Below, piece by piece: positions 51,512 to 62,106 of a stretch of 64,000 nucleotides of DNA (position 1 is the first letter of the stretch; the number at the start of each line of letters is the position of its first letter). Made by a program: the position numbers and the translations under genes. The DNA is taken from NCBI GenBank assembly GCA_029251265.1, contig JAQXDR010000070.1:11724-75723 (forward strand), read 5' to 3'. The stretch comes from Pseudoprimorskyibacter sp. (GTDB lineage Bacteria; Pseudomonadota; Alphaproteobacteria; Rhodobacterales; Rhodobacteraceae). The notes beneath the pieces were generated by a model, which saw nothing but the letters and a program-made list of their open reading frames with translations, was not told the origin of the DNA and made no database searches.

Positions 51512-52852
51512 TCAGCTTTCAAGAGCCCGACGCAGCATTTCAAGATCTTCTGCGATCAACGCGTCCTGCTTTCGCAGTTCGTCAATGCGGCGGACGCCAT
51601 GCATTACTGTGGTATGGTCACGTCCCCCAAAGCGTCGTCCGATTTCTGGCAACGACCGCGACGTCATTGATTTGCACAGCCACATAGCAACCTGCCTTGG
51701 CCTTGCAAGGCTGCGCAGGCGCCGTGGCCCAACAAGGTCGCTGATCCTGATATTGTAATGATCCGCGACTTTTCGTTGTATTTCTTCTATGGAAATTTTT
51801 TGTTGTGAGCTGCGCAGCACATCGGCGAGACAATCCTGAGTAAGCTCCATGCCGATAGGTTTGCCAACAAGTGAGGCAAAAGCGAATAACCGGTTCAAAG
51901 CACCTTCTAGAACCCGCACATTGGACGAGATGCGATGCGCGAGAAACTCAAGAATGCCGGCTTGAACCTCGAGATCAGGATACAGAGCGCGTTGCGCCTG
52001 AACTTTGGACTGCAAAACTCCTAGACGAAGTTCGTAATCGGTTGGATGCAAATCAACCACCAGACCACACTGCAGCCTGCTGCGAATTCTGTTTTCAAGG
52101 TCCTTGATTTCATCTGGTGCACGGTCTGCAGAAATGATGATTTGTTTGTTTTGTTCTACCAATGCATTGAACGTATGAAAAAATTCTTCCTGAGTACTTT
52201 CCTTGCCTGCGATAAACTGGACGTCGTCGACCATCAGAACATCGACCGCACGAAACAGTTCCTTAAAGTCCATCATCTTGCGATCTCGCAAGGCTTGTAC
52301 GAATCGGTACATAAACTGTTCGGCGGACAAATATAGCACGTTCAAGTTGGGCTGCCGGGCACGCAATTCCCAGCTGATGGCATGCATCAAATGCGTCTTT
52401 CCCAAGCCAACGCCGCCGTATAGGAACAATGGATTGAACGTTGCTGGGCCACCTTCTGCGACACGGCGCGCGGCTGCATGTGCCAATGCGTTGGGTTTTC
52501 CTACAACGAACGTATCGAAGGTAAAGCGCGCATCCAATGGTGCACTGACAAGTGTTTCTGACGCGTCCGGTTTTGGATTTGGCGTGACGTGTTCAGACGT
52601 GCTTGCACATTTAGACGCGACTTCGAACTTCAATCGTCGCACCCTTGGGTTTATTTTTGCCAGCCTTGTCAGAAGGATGTCGCCATAAGTCTTGGCAACG
52701 TAGTTGCCTGAAAACGCAGTTTTGGTCGTGATTACTGCGACTTCGTCCTCGATACGGGCAAAGTGCAAAGGGTCTATCCAGGCTTTGTAATTATTGTCAC
52801 CAACCGAGCCTCGAATATCAGCCTTGAGAGCCTGCCACCCTGCATCTGTCAT
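51512..52852 (-). CDS. dnaA: Chromosomal replication initiator
   Basis: NPLFLYGGVGLGKTHL, DDVQF, NVRVLEGAL, GGRDHTTVMH; start probably ATG 52852. Confidence 0.98.
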   Translation of the reverse strand: MTDAGWQALKADIRGSVGDNNYKAWIDPLHFARIEDEVAVITTKTAFSGNYVAKTYGDILLTRLAKINPRVRRLKFEVASKCASTSEHVTPNPKPDASETLVSAPLDARFTFDTFVVGKPNALAHAAARRVAEGGPATFNPLFLYGGVGLGKTHLMHAISWELRARQPNLNVLYLSAEQFMYRFVQALRDRKMMDFKELFRAVDVLMVDDVQFIAGKESTQEEFFHTFNALVEQNKQIIISADRAPDEIKDLENRIRSRLQCGLVVDLHPTDYELRLGVLQSKVQAQRALYPDLEVQAGILEFLAHRISSNVRVLEGALNRLFAFASLVGKPIGMELTQDCLADVLRSSQQKISIEEIQRKVADHYNIRISDLVGPRRLRSLARPRQVAMWLCKSMTSRSLPEIGRRFGGRDHTTVMHGVRRIDELRKQDALIAEDLEMLRRALES

Positions 52853-53346
52853 TCCTGAATGTCCCTCTACCATTTTGGTCCCAACCAAAAATTGTCCAAC
52901 GACCTTTGGACGTGTTATTTTTTTTAAGCTGTTCACCAACCAAGCAGGATACCCAATCCCCACACCCATAAACGGGTAACGGAAATCTGCGCCATGTTTT
53001 GGCGCCGATATCGACATGCTGTACGACCGACCCCACTCGGTCGCAGCCATCATCGATTAAGGCTCTTTTCAGAAACGTATCGTGTGAGTGATTTCGCCAA
53101 CTGTGCTGGCGACATGTCCCCACCTCGTTCAAGCGGCAAAGCGACCCATTCATATGGATATATCCGCCCATCCTCAGCTTAAACGATCTCCGATGCCCAG
53201 TTTCCCCCAAGGCTAAGTGACTCGCATCTTGTTCCTAGCAAGTTGGACGGCATGGCGGCAATGAAACTTCGACCTTGACTCTGTTCAGAACCGTAAAGAA
53301 TCTCTGAACCCCTTGGTAGAAAAGAAAAAAACTTTTGTTATAAACG

Positions 53347-53379
53347 AAAAAGGGGCACCATGCTACATGATGCCCCTTT
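53347..53379 (-). terminator. Intrinsic terminator after rpsT
   Basis: AAAGGGGCA...TGCCCCTTT stem with U tail on the minus strand. Confidence 0.85.
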
Positions 53380-53408
53380 ATGGTGTCACACCACAAAATG
53401 TAGATTGA

Positions 53409-53672
53409 TCAACCCATCGCTTTGACGCGCGCCGCGAGACGGGACACTTTACGTGAGGCTGTGTTTTTGTGGAAAACGCCCTTCGTGACGCCCCGCATAA
53501 GTTCTGGTTGTGCTTCGCGCAACGCGGCGGCCGCTACGGTTTGATCTCCCGATGCAATGGCCTCTTCTACTTTGCGCAGAAACGTCCTGATACGGGAACG
53601 ACGTGCCTTGTTGACTGCCAGACGATTTTCATTCTGACGCGCGCGTTTTTTTGCCTGAGGTGAATTTGCCAT
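53409..53672 (-). CDS. rpsT: 30S ribosomal protein S20
   Basis: [13 protein letters not shown]...[12 protein letters not shown]. Confidence 0.98.
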   Translation of the reverse strand: MANSPQAKKRARQNENRLAVNKARRSRIRTFLRKVEEAIASGDQTVAAAALREAQPELMRGVTKGVFHKNTASRKVSRLAARVKAMG

Positions 53673-53808
53673 TCGAGGTGTCCTTTGTTTAAACAGTAAA
53701 GCGCAATCTCGCTTGACCGAAACCGATCAGACCAACCTCATGCCAAGCGGGCAACACGCGCATTTGCTGACCGGATAACAGAATCATTACGTGGGTGCAA
53801 AGTGTTTC

Positions 53809-54585
53809 TTATCGATCTCGAAACTGTGCGCTGCGTTTTTCCTGAAAGGCTGCCATGCCCTCGGTTTGGTCTTCTGTTGCAAACAGCGATTGGAACAAAC
53901 GACGCTCGTACAAAATACCCTCGCTTAGCGTGGTCTCGTAAGATCTGTTGACAGCCTCTTTCGCGGCGATAGCGGCGATCATAGACTTTTCAGCAATCTT
54001 TGAAGCGGCGGAATGGGCTTCGTCCATGAGTTGTTTTGCGGGTACAACGCGACTGACAAGTCCGGCGCGTTCAGCCTCTTTTGCATCCATGAAACGCCCG
54101 GTCAGATGCATATCCATAGATTTTGATTTCCCAACAAACTTGGTGAGACGTTGTGTGCCACCCAAACCTGCTATCACACCCAAGTTGATTTCTGGCTGGC
54201 CAAATTTGGCCGTGTCAGAGGCAATGATGAAATCACACATCATTGCCAGTTCGCAGCCACCGCCCAAAGCATACCCCGACACTGCAGCTATCACCGGTTT
54301 TCGCGTGGCAGTAATTGCGGCATGGTGGTCGCCGAAATAATCGGACAAGAACACCTCTACGAAACTTTTTTCCGACATCTCTTTGATATCGGCACCCGCA
54401 GCAAAGGCCTTTGCAGACCCCGTGATGATAATACATCGCACTTTGTCATTTGAATCTGCTGCGTGCAGAGCTTGGCCAAGTTCGGTCAAAAGCTCTGCGT
54501 TCAGCGCATTCAAGGCCTCGGGGCGATTAAGTTTGATGGTCGCGATGCTGTCGGCAATGTCGACTATAAGCGTCTCGTAGGCCAT
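53809..54585 (-). CDS. Enoyl-CoA hydratase
   Basis: [32 protein letters not shown]. Confidence 0.94.
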   Translation of the reverse strand: MAYETLIVDIADSIATIKLNRPEALNALNAELLTELGQALHAADSNDKVRCIIITGSAKAFAAGADIKEMSEKSFVEVFLSDYFGDHHAAITATRKPVIAAVSGYALGGGCELAMMCDFIIASDTAKFGQPEINLGVIAGLGGTQRLTKFVGKSKSMDMHLTGRFMDAKEAERAGLVSRVVPAKQLMDEAHSAASKIAEKSMIAAIAAKEAVNRSYETTLSEGILYERRLFQSLFATEDQTEGMAAFQEKRSAQFRDR

Positions 54586-54649
54586 ACGGCAGGCTCCGGT
54601 CCGTTTCTATCAAAGCCTAGTGATTACCAAGTTATCGGGACGGTTCAAG

Positions 54650-55501
54650 CTATCTTTGACACAAAGGGCAATAGAAGGACGACCGTCCTGATTGCACTAT
54701 GCGGCGAATGGGCTCTGCGCAGTCATGGCTTCGACAGGGATCGCCCGCTCGACCATAGACGTCGAATGCATGTTGGAAATAGCCAAGTTCGCCATCGGCA
54801 CGGCGATAATCGCGCAAAGACGACCCGCCCGCCGCGATGGCCTCGGTCAACACGTCACGGATATGGTTTGTCAGGTGTGAAATCCGAGCAGCCCCAATGC
54901 GCCCTGCGGCACGGGCCGGGTGTATGCCAGCACGGTAAAGGCTTTCGCACACATAGATATTTCCAAGTCCTGCGACAATTCTCTGGTCTAAAAGAGCCGC
55001 CTTGATCGCGGATTTTCGCCCGCGTAACGCTTCGGCAAGATACTCTGGGTGAAAGGAATTCCCCAAAGGCTCTGGGCCGATTTTCGACAACAACGGATGT
55101 GCGTTTGCGGTGGCTGTGTTCAGGAGATCCATTGCCCCGAATCTGCGAGGGTCGTTGAATGTAACACGGGCGCCCGACGCCATAGTCAGAACAACATGGT
55201 CATGTTTTTCGGGTGCGGGATGATCATGCACAAATTTACCCAATGGATCGCCAGAGACGACCATTCGTCCCGACATACCAAGATGAATTAAAAGCGACTC
55301 ACCTGATTCCATGTCTGCGATCATATATTTTGACCTTCGCCATAACCGTAAGATCTGCTGTCCGGTCAGTCTTTCTGCCATACGGTTGGGAAAGGGCCAG
55401 CGTAAATCAGGGCGATTGATTTGCGCTTCAGTGATGATCTGGCCCTCCATCACGGGGGCAAGTCCTCGGCGCACAGTTTCAACCTCGGGTAACTCTGGCA
55501 T
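54650..55501 (-). CDS. mutM: Formamidopyrimidine-DNA glycosylase
   Basis: MPELPEVE start (ATG 55501), HLGMSG, GLGNIY, C-terminal zinc finger. Confidence 0.97.
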   Translation of the reverse strand: MPELPEVETVRRGLAPVMEGQIITEAQINRPDLRWPFPNRMAERLTGQQILRLWRRSKYMIADMESGESLLIHLGMSGRMVVSGDPLGKFVHDHPAPEKHDHVVLTMASGARVTFNDPRRFGAMDLLNTATANAHPLLSKIGPEPLGNSFHPEYLAEALRGRKSAIKAALLDQRIVAGLGNIYVCESLYRAGIHPARAAGRIGAARISHLTNHIRDVLTEAIAAGGSSLRDYRRADGELGYFQHAFDVYGRAGDPCRSHDCAEPIRRIVQSGRSSFYCPLCQR

Positions 55502-55880
55502 TAAAACTCTCTTTTCGGACCAGTTGACCACCGCGGTCTTTCCTGACAACAGATCTAACATATCAGAAAATGCGTGGCGTATGCTACAGGTGGCTTTCAT
55601 CGCCAAAATGCCAAGGGATACCGTTCAAATTAAGTAACTGGTGGAACGTCAAAAGCCAGCCGAATCGTATTGGGCAATTTGCGTAACGCTGTTAGCCTTA
55701 AGTTTGCCGAAACAAGCGGGTTGTGCTTCGTTGTAGGGTACGCCTCGCGTTAGACTGGCGCTTTGCCCTGGTAAAGGATTGCTTTGCGTTGCATTTTCAG
55801 CTGTTCCGCGCGGTTTTGGCCATTTGTTTCAAGTGTGAACAGTCTATATCTACTCACAAAGGTTGAACAAGGCGCCCGTC

Positions 55881-56633
55881 ATGACAGATGACCGTGAACA
55901 GACGACACATTTTGGCTTTGCCGAAGTACCCGAGGCAGAAAAGGCAGGGCGGGTACAGGGTGTTTTCAACTCTGTCGCCAGTAAATACGACGTCATGAAC
56001 GATGCCATGTCTTTCGGCATCCATCGTGTTTGGAAAGATGCAATGATGGATTGGCTGGCACCGCGTCCGCAGACACGGTTGCTAGATGTTGCAGGTGGTA
56101 CCGGTGATATTGCGTTTCGTTATCTTAAACGCGCAGGACAGGCCGAGGCGGTGGTTCTGGATCTGACTGAACCGATGTTGATCGAAGGTCGTAAAAGAGC
56201 CGAAGCAGAGGCGCTGTCCGACAGTCTTGACTGGATTGTTGGCGATGCAATGCAGCTTCCTTTTGCCGACAATAGTTTCGACACATATACGATTTCTTTC
56301 GGCATCCGAAATGTCACACGCCCCCAAGAGGCTCTAGACGAGGCATACCGTGTTTTGCGACCCGGGGGTCGGTTAATGGTTCTTGAATTCAGTCATATCC
56401 CGAACCATCTTATGCAGCGCGCGTATGATCTTTACAGCTTCAATATTATTCCACGGATGGGGCAGGCAATTGCCGGGGATCGCGACAGCTACCAGTATCT
56501 GGTGGAATCCATACGTAATTTTCCAGACCAAGAGAGCTTCCTGATGATGGTGAAGCAAGCAGGTTTTGAAAATGCCAAGTACCGCAATCTGACCATGGGT
56601 GTAGCGTGTCTTCACTCAGGTTGGAAACTCTGA
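55881..56633 (+). CDS. ubiE: Ubiquinone/menaquinone C-methyltransferase
   Basis: [35 protein letters not shown]. Confidence 0.97.
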   Translation: MTDDREQTTHFGFAEVPEAEKAGRVQGVFNSVASKYDVMNDAMSFGIHRVWKDAMMDWLAPRPQTRLLDVAGGTGDIAFRYLKRAGQAEAVVLDLTEPMLIEGRKRAEAEALSDSLDWIVGDAMQLPFADNSFDTYTISFGIRNVTRPQEALDEAYRVLRPGGRLMVLEFSHIPNHLMQRAYDLYSFNIIPRMGQAIAGDRDSYQYLVESIRNFPDQESFLMMVKQAGFENAKYRNLTMGVACLHSGWKL

Positions 56634-56634
56634 G

Positions 56635-58152
56635 GTGCGTGGGCCGCACAATATTGTTTCGCTTTTGCGAACAGCCGCCACTTTGGATCGAACGGGCGCA
56701 TTGGACCAACTGCTTGATGCGTTCAACGCGCCACGGTCTTTGGCAATAGCGACAAAAGCATTGGCAGGACCGTTTAGGTGGCTGGGCCGCGCGGGTGATC
56801 CAAACTTGCCGCCAGTAGCACGCGCTATTCAGGCAATGGGTCCTGCCTATATCAAGTTTGGGCAGGTCCTTTCTACGCGTCCGGATGTGGTTGGACCTAA
56901 TCTCACGCAGCAATTGCGGCTTTTGCAGGATAAACTTCCGCCATTTTCGGTAGATGAAGCGAAAGCTTCTATTTCTGCTGACCTTCACGTCGATGTGGAC
57001 ACCGTTTTCGCGGACTTCAGTGATCCTGTGGCTGCTGCATCAATCGCACAGGTCCATCAGGCCAAGTTGCTGGACACCGATGAAACTGTTGCAATCAAAG
57101 TGCTGCGTCCCGGAATCGAACGTGCATTTCGCAAAGATGTGGACGGGTTTTATTTCATAGCCCGTTTTGTTCAGACGTTTGCACCAAGTGCACGTCGCCT
57201 TCGCCCTATGGAAGTTATTGAACATTTCGAAGGGGTCGTGAACGGAGAGCTTGATTTGCGGCTTGAGGCCGCATCAGCGAGCCAGTTTGCCGCCAATACC
57301 GAAAGTGACGAGGGCTTTATCTTGCCGCGGGTCAAATGGGGTCTGTCCGGTCGGCGCGTTATGACGATGGAATGGGCTGAGGGTTTGCCATTGGGTGATA
57401 ACGATGCCTTGGATGCGGCAGGGCATGATCGCGTCGCATTATCTGAACGGGTCTTGCAACTGTTTTTGCGCCATGCCTTGCGTGATGGTTTTTTTCATGC
57501 AGACATGCATCAAGGCAACCTGAAAGTATCTGCGTCTGGTGATATTATCGCCTATGATTTTGGTATCATGGGACATATCGATGAATATACACGCAGAGTT
57601 TATGCACAGATCTTGTATGGTTTTATCCGTCGGGACTACCGACGCGTGGCAGAAGTACACTTTGAGGCAGGCTATGTGTCTGCAGATCACGATGTCGAAG
57701 AGTTTGCACGCGCCTTGCGCGCGGTTGGAGAGCCCATATTCGGCATGGATGCCAGCCAGATATCCATGGGGCGATTGTTGAATTATTTGTTCGATGTCAC
57801 TGAGCGTTTTGGGATGCAGACCCGTACAGAGTTGATTTTGTTGCAACGTACGATGGTTGTGGTTGAAGGGGTTGCGCGGTCATTGAACCCCCACATGAAC
57901 ATCTGGACCGTAGCCCAGCCCATTGTTGAGGGCTACATTAAGAGTTCGATCGGACCTCAAGCTGTTTTGCGCGACCTTGGGCGCACAATTCAGGTGTTGT
58001 CGCGGTTCGGCCCGCGTCTTCCTGGGTTGGTCGAATCCGCACTCATCCAGCAAGCCGAACCAGCAAGTCGAAACAAGCGGCCATGGCTTTTGTTGATTGT
58101 TTTGGCCGGACTAGGAATGTTTTTTGGTTTTGGCGTTGGAATTTTTTTCTAA
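56635..58152 (+). CDS. ubiB: Ubiquinone biosynthesis kinase-like protein
   Basis: GPAYIKFGQ, AAASIAQVH, FFHADMHQGN, DFGIMG. Confidence 0.96.
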   Translation: MRGPHNIVSLLRTAATLDRTGALDQLLDAFNAPRSLAIATKALAGPFRWLGRAGDPNLPPVARAIQAMGPAYIKFGQVLSTRPDVVGPNLTQQLRLLQDKLPPFSVDEAKASISADLHVDVDTVFADFSDPVAAASIAQVHQAKLLDTDETVAIKVLRPGIERAFRKDVDGFYFIARFVQTFAPSARRLRPMEVIEHFEGVVNGELDLRLEAASASQFAANTESDEGFILPRVKWGLSGRRVMTMEWAEGLPLGDNDALDAAGHDRVALSERVLQLFLRHALRDGFFHADMHQGNLKVSASGDIIAYDFGIMGHIDEYTRRVYAQILYGFIRRDYRRVAEVHFEAGYVSADHDVEEFARALRAVGEPIFGMDASQISMGRLLNYLFDVTERFGMQTRTELILLQRTMVVVEGVARSLNPHMNIWTVAQPIVEGYIKSSIGPQAVLRDLGRTIQVLSRFGPRLPGLVESALIQQAEPASRNKRPWLLLIVLAGLGMFFGFGVGIFF

Positions 58153-58222
58153 ACACCTGTTGCGCACCATTCGTTAAGTCTTTTGTGCCAAATCTGCATG
58201 CGGTTTGTGGATGGAGGTATGA

Positions 58223-59089
58223 GTGCTCGGGCTGATTGGCATCGCAGTGGTTATAGTCATGGTTTTTGGCGGTTACCTAGCAGCCGGCGGAAAAATGGGT
58301 ATCATTCTCAAATCGCTTCCATTTGAGATGATGATGATAGGCGGCGCTGCAGTGGGTGCTTTCATCATTTCCAACGACGGGGCTGCCGCTAAACATACAG
58401 TCATTGACATTGGAAAGGTTTTTAAAGGCCCGAAATGGAAGGGTCCTGATTATCAAAATCTTTTATGTCTTTTGTTTGAATTGCTTAAGGTCGCAAAGTC
58501 GAGTCCAGTCGTACTTGAAGAACACATCGAAAATCCGGAAGACAGCGCGATTTTCAAAAAATACCCCAAAATATTGAAAGACCGAAACTCTATAGAATTA
58601 ATTTGTGATACTCTCCGGTCTGCGTCGATGAATTACGATGACCCCCATCAGGTTGAAGAAGTTTTAGAAAAGCGTTTGGAATCCAATTTGCATCACTCGA
58701 TGCACTCTAGTCATGCGTTACAAACTGTTGCTGACGGCCTTCCTGCGCTTGGTATTGTTGCGGCGGTTTTAGGTGTTATCAAAACGATGGGGTCTATTGA
58801 CCAACCACCGGAGGTTCTTGGAAGACTAATTGGCGGTGCTTTGGTTGGCACTTTTCTGGGTGTCTTTCTTGCTTATGGGCTGGTTGGTCCATTTGCATCC
58901 AAGCTAAAGGCCGTTACAGAGGACGAAGCCGCTTTTTATAACATGATCAGAGATGTGATAATCGCGTCTTTGTTTAATCACGGTGTGAATATCTGTATAG
59001 AAGTCGGACGGCAAAGTGCGCCATCACACTACCGACCAAACTACGAAACCCTAGAGGCTGCCTTGCGAGAGGTGAAGTCAGGCAGATGA
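58223..59089 (+). CDS. motA: Flagellar stator protein MotA
   Basis: VFGGY..AGG, LEEHIENPEDS, LPALGIVAAVLGVI, ALVGTFLG, EVGR; GTG start after GGAGG. Confidence 0.93.
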   Translation: MLGLIGIAVVIVMVFGGYLAAGGKMGIILKSLPFEMMMIGGAAVGAFIISNDGAAAKHTVIDIGKVFKGPKWKGPDYQNLLCLLFELLKVAKSSPVVLEEHIENPEDSAIFKKYPKILKDRNSIELICDTLRSASMNYDDPHQVEEVLEKRLESNLHHSMHSSHALQTVADGLPALGIVAAVLGVIKTMGSIDQPPEVLGRLIGGALVGTFLGVFLAYGLVGPFASKLKAVTEDEAAFYNMIRDVIIASLFNHGVNICIEVGRQSAPSHYRPNYETLEAALREVKSGR

Positions 59090-60687
59090 TCTGGCGCATA
59101 CTGATCCTGATCGTATTTACGGTTTGGCCCAGTTTGCCCTTTGCCGCACCTATTCTTGTGCGTTCTGGCGAGCATAGTGGCTTTACCCGGTTGGTTTTTT
59201 ATCTGAATGCTTTGCAGGATTGGCGTGTTACACAGGATGGCTTTTCTGTGACTGTTGTTGCCGTCGGAGCAGCCGATGGTTTCCAAACGGATGAACTTTA
59301 TGACAGGATTGGAAGAACGCGTCTTCTTGCTTTAACGGAAAAAACAACTGACACAGCGCAGTTGGATCTGGCGTGTGATTGTATCGTGGAAACGCTCTTG
59401 CTGCGTGGGCGATTACTTGTTGTCGATATTCGGGCCCGTCGAGAGAATGAATCCATTCCTACGGCGTCTGATTTACAGGTTGAGCAGGAGAGTTTTTTCC
59501 CAGATGGAGAGCAAACGAAACTTCTACCAAAACCTACGATAACGCTTCCATTGCGAACATCAGTCGTTTCTACGAATCTCATTGTGCGGATGATGCAGGA
59601 TGAATTTGGCTCAGCAATAGTATCAGGGCTGATATCGGCGGATGATCAGATTCGAGTAGACCGCAGCAACCTCGCGTTTCCCGAGATTGCTGATCCAGAG
59701 GAAATTATACCTGAAGATCTGGAAACTAAGAACAGGTACTGTCCGATCGGATTAAATGAGGTGACCCGCCTTTGGCGTGGTGACGGGCTATTTAATAAAA
59801 AATTATCGTCTATCAGGCAAAAAATGCACAATACTGCCGGACGTGAAAACGAAGGTGCGCGCTTAGAGCTTGCCCGTTTTCTTGTCTCTAATGGTGTAGG
59901 AATTGAAGTGTTAGACTTGCTTCGCGATGATTCGTCTGAAGAGGCAGGTCTGGTTCGATCGATGGCCCAACTTCTGGATCGACCACGGCACGTTGTAAAC
60001 GACGCTTTTCAATATTGCTCAGGTCTCGAAATTTGGGAAATTATTCGGCTGTCGCGCCAGGGAAAAAAAGGCACATCAATTTATGATAATGAAACGCTTG
60101 TTATCGGATTTCGAGGATTGTCGCGACCTTTACAAGCATTGTTCGAGGCGGAACTTCTAGCGTATCTTTCTGATAATGGTTTTGAGCAAGCGAGCGCGGC
60201 CATTCAGGCGTTTCGGGAAAGAACGCAAGCGAAATCAGGTCATATGATCTTGGTTGATGGACGAGCTGTTCCTCTGCCAAAGCAAATTGATGAGATTTCA
60301 ATTTTAGAAAATATTTTGGAGCAATTTGGGACTCTTGAAGGAGCTCGCGCTGCAACGCCACAGCAAGCCGCAATGATACCTACCTTTCAATACGAGTTTC
60401 AGAACACATCATGGTCCCCTGATCTGTGGCAGGCAGATTTACGACTTAATTTGGTATCAAGTGATTTTGACAGGGCATTAATTCTTACTCGTGAGGGACG
60501 GTTGAAGTATCCTGCTAAGTTTGAACAGGCATACCCGGAAATGCTGCGGTATGTTACAGATAACAGTGACGACATATCATTTCTGAAAATTGCAATGTCG
60601 ATCGGTGCGGGTGAGGCGGGATTACCAGTGCCATCAGCTGGTGTGGCGAATCATGTGGAAGCGCGCCTAAGTAAGCTCGGTTTTTGA
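59086..60687 (+). CDS. Secreted hypothetical protein of the type found after motA in Rhodobacterales flagellar clusters
   Basis: Signal peptide then VRSGEHSGFTRLV...LACDC...LVVDI; overlaps motA stop (ATGA); the family link is from recollection. Confidence 0.6.
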   Translation: MIWRILILIVFTVWPSLPFAAPILVRSGEHSGFTRLVFYLNALQDWRVTQDGFSVTVVAVGAADGFQTDELYDRIGRTRLLALTEKTTDTAQLDLACDCIVETLLLRGRLLVVDIRARRENESIPTASDLQVEQESFFPDGEQTKLLPKPTITLPLRTSVVSTNLIVRMMQDEFGSAIVSGLISADDQIRVDRSNLAFPEIADPEEIIPEDLETKNRYCPIGLNEVTRLWRGDGLFNKKLSSIRQKMHNTAGRENEGARLELARFLVSNGVGIEVLDLLRDDSSEEAGLVRSMAQLLDRPRHVVNDAFQYCSGLEIWEIIRLSRQGKKGTSIYDNETLVIGFRGLSRPLQALFEAELLAYLSDNGFEQASAAIQAFRERTQAKSGHMILVDGRAVPLPKQIDEISILENILEQFGTLEGARAATPQQAAMIPTFQYEFQNTSWSPDLWQADLRLNLVSSDFDRALILTREGRLKYPAKFEQAYPEMLRYVTDNSDDISFLKIAMSIGAGEAGLPVPSAGVANHVEARLSKLGF

Positions 60688-60710
60688 AATGGGGACACAC
60701 CCCATTTGGT
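60687..60710 (+). terminator. Hairpin after the motA operon
   Basis: Perfect 8-bp stem AAATGGGG/CCCCATTT with weak U tail. Confidence 0.5.
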
Positions 60711-61010
60711 TGGCATTGGGTCACACCCATAACGTTGTGACATTGACTTATGACTAGCCCGTTTTCAATAATGACTCTCTGATAGACGAATAGCATTTTT
60801 GGAATGTTTCGGTAACTTTAAAAATATAGTTTCGCACCTGCTTAATTGCGCAGAGCCCCTTAAAAACTGGGTATGCAAATGCAACCTAAAACGACACCTG
60901 TCGTACATAACTAACAGCGCATTGTGCTTTGAAATCACCGCCTGCGAAACCAATAAACATAAAAAATTACGTCACAGATGAGTCTTAATTGGAATAATTA
61001 AAAGTATTTA

Positions 61011-61025
61011 TTAACAAGCATTTAA
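61011..61025. promoter_or_regulatory. CtrA binding site
   Basis: Exact TTAA-N7-TTAA (TTAACAAGCATTTAA) in the AT-rich region upstream of rpoH2. Confidence 0.55.
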
Positions 61026-61075
61026 AAAATATTTTCGCCTTCTTTGTGTCGGGTTGAAGGCTTCTGTCCGGATTA

Positions 61076-61089
61076 ATTTCACGTGAAAT
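61076..61089. other. parS-like palindrome
   Basis: ATTTCACGTGAAAT; the central 12 bp match the parS consensus TGTTTCACGTGAAACA and the flanks differ. Confidence 0.35.
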
Positions 61090-61090
61090 G

Positions 61091-61116
61091 TGAACCAATG
61101 CAGGTTTGCTTCCGTA
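61091..61116 (+). promoter_or_regulatory. ECF sigma (RpoE-type) promoter of rpoH2
   Basis: TGAACC-N16-CGTA about 40 nt before the ATG. Confidence 0.5.
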
Positions 61117-61154
61117 TCATTATAAAACCAGATAAGACAGCGAGGACACATATT

Positions 61155-62033
61155 ATGGCGTTTGATGGTGTAAGTGATCAGACAATGTCGCGTAAGGCAA
61201 TGAAGGCCGAACTGTTAGATGCCGAGACAGAACTGCGGCTGGCATATGCTTGGCGTGACGAACGTGATGAAGCAGCACTTCATCGGTTAATCACCGCTTA
61301 CATGCGATTGGCGATTTCCATGGCGTCGAAATTTCGTAGGTATGGCGCGCCGATGAACGACCTGATCCAAGAGGCTGGGTTGGGTTTGATGAAAGCGGCC
61401 GACAAGTTCGACCCAGATCGCGGTGTTAGATTTTCTACCTATGCTGTTTGGTGGATCCGTGCATCCATCCAAGATTACGTAATGCGCAATTGGTCGATGG
61501 TTCGAACAGGATCGACCTCAAGTCAGAAATCGCTGTTTTTCAACATGCGTCGCGTTCAAGCGCGCTTGGAAAGGGAGGCAGCGTCGCGCGGAGAGACTTT
61601 AGACAAGCACGCTTTGCGGGGCATGATTTCTAAAGAAATAGGTGTGCCTCTTCATGATGTCGAGATGATGGAAGGGCGTTTGTCTGGTTCAGATTTTTCT
61701 TTGAATGCGACCCAATCTGTTGATGATGAGGGGCGCGAGTGGATAGATTCGCTAGAAGACGATAGTGCTCAGGCCGCCGAAACAGTCGAAAATGCACTGG
61801 ATACTGAACAACTGCGTGAATGGCTATTGACTGCAATGAACTCCTTGAATGAACGCGAGCGGTTTATCATTCGTGAGCGCAAACTTCGTGACGAAGCACG
61901 TACGTTGGAAAGCTTGGGCCAAGAGCTTGGTCTATCGAAGGAACGTGTGCGCCAACTTGAAGCAGCAGCGTTTACAAAAATGCGAAAATCACTTGAAAAA
62001 CAGTCCTCTGAGGTCCAAACATTCCTGATATGA
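61155..62033 (+). CDS. rpoH2: RNA polymerase sigma-32 factor, RpoH2-type
   Basis: DLIQEAGLGLMKA, RFSTYAVWWI, RpoH box QKSLFFNMRR, SKERVRQLE; start ATG 61155. Confidence 0.9.
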   Translation: MAFDGVSDQTMSRKAMKAELLDAETELRLAYAWRDERDEAALHRLITAYMRLAISMASKFRRYGAPMNDLIQEAGLGLMKAADKFDPDRGVRFSTYAVWWIRASIQDYVMRNWSMVRTGSTSSQKSLFFNMRRVQARLEREAASRGETLDKHALRGMISKEIGVPLHDVEMMEGRLSGSDFSLNATQSVDDEGREWIDSLEDDSAQAAETVENALDTEQLREWLLTAMNSLNERERFIIRERKLRDEARTLESLGQELGLSKERVRQLEAAAFTKMRKSLEKQSSEVQTFLI

Positions 62034-62106
62034 AACGCAGTCGGATTTAAATCTATATGCCCGTTGCGTTTGACCAAACATTGGTAATTCGCGGCGGGGG
62101 GAAATC

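Noticed and set aside
52853..53408. oriC next to dnaA
   Set aside because: No TTATCCACA-type DnaA box cluster seen; alphaproteobacterial origins are often not adjacent to dnaA
58163..58177. CtrA box upstream of motA (CGCA-CCATTCG-TTAA)
   Set aside because: Only one half-site matches; too weak to call
58223..60687. Zorya anti-phage system (ZorA/ZorB)
   Set aside because: The protein has the length and motifs of flagellar MotA with no long ZorA tail, and the downstream gene shows no OmpA-like peptidoglycan-binding motif or helicase/nuclease partners
60688..61154. oriC in the AT-rich tract before rpoH2
   Set aside because: AT-rich with a CtrA-like box, but I found no DnaA boxes; better explained as a promoter region
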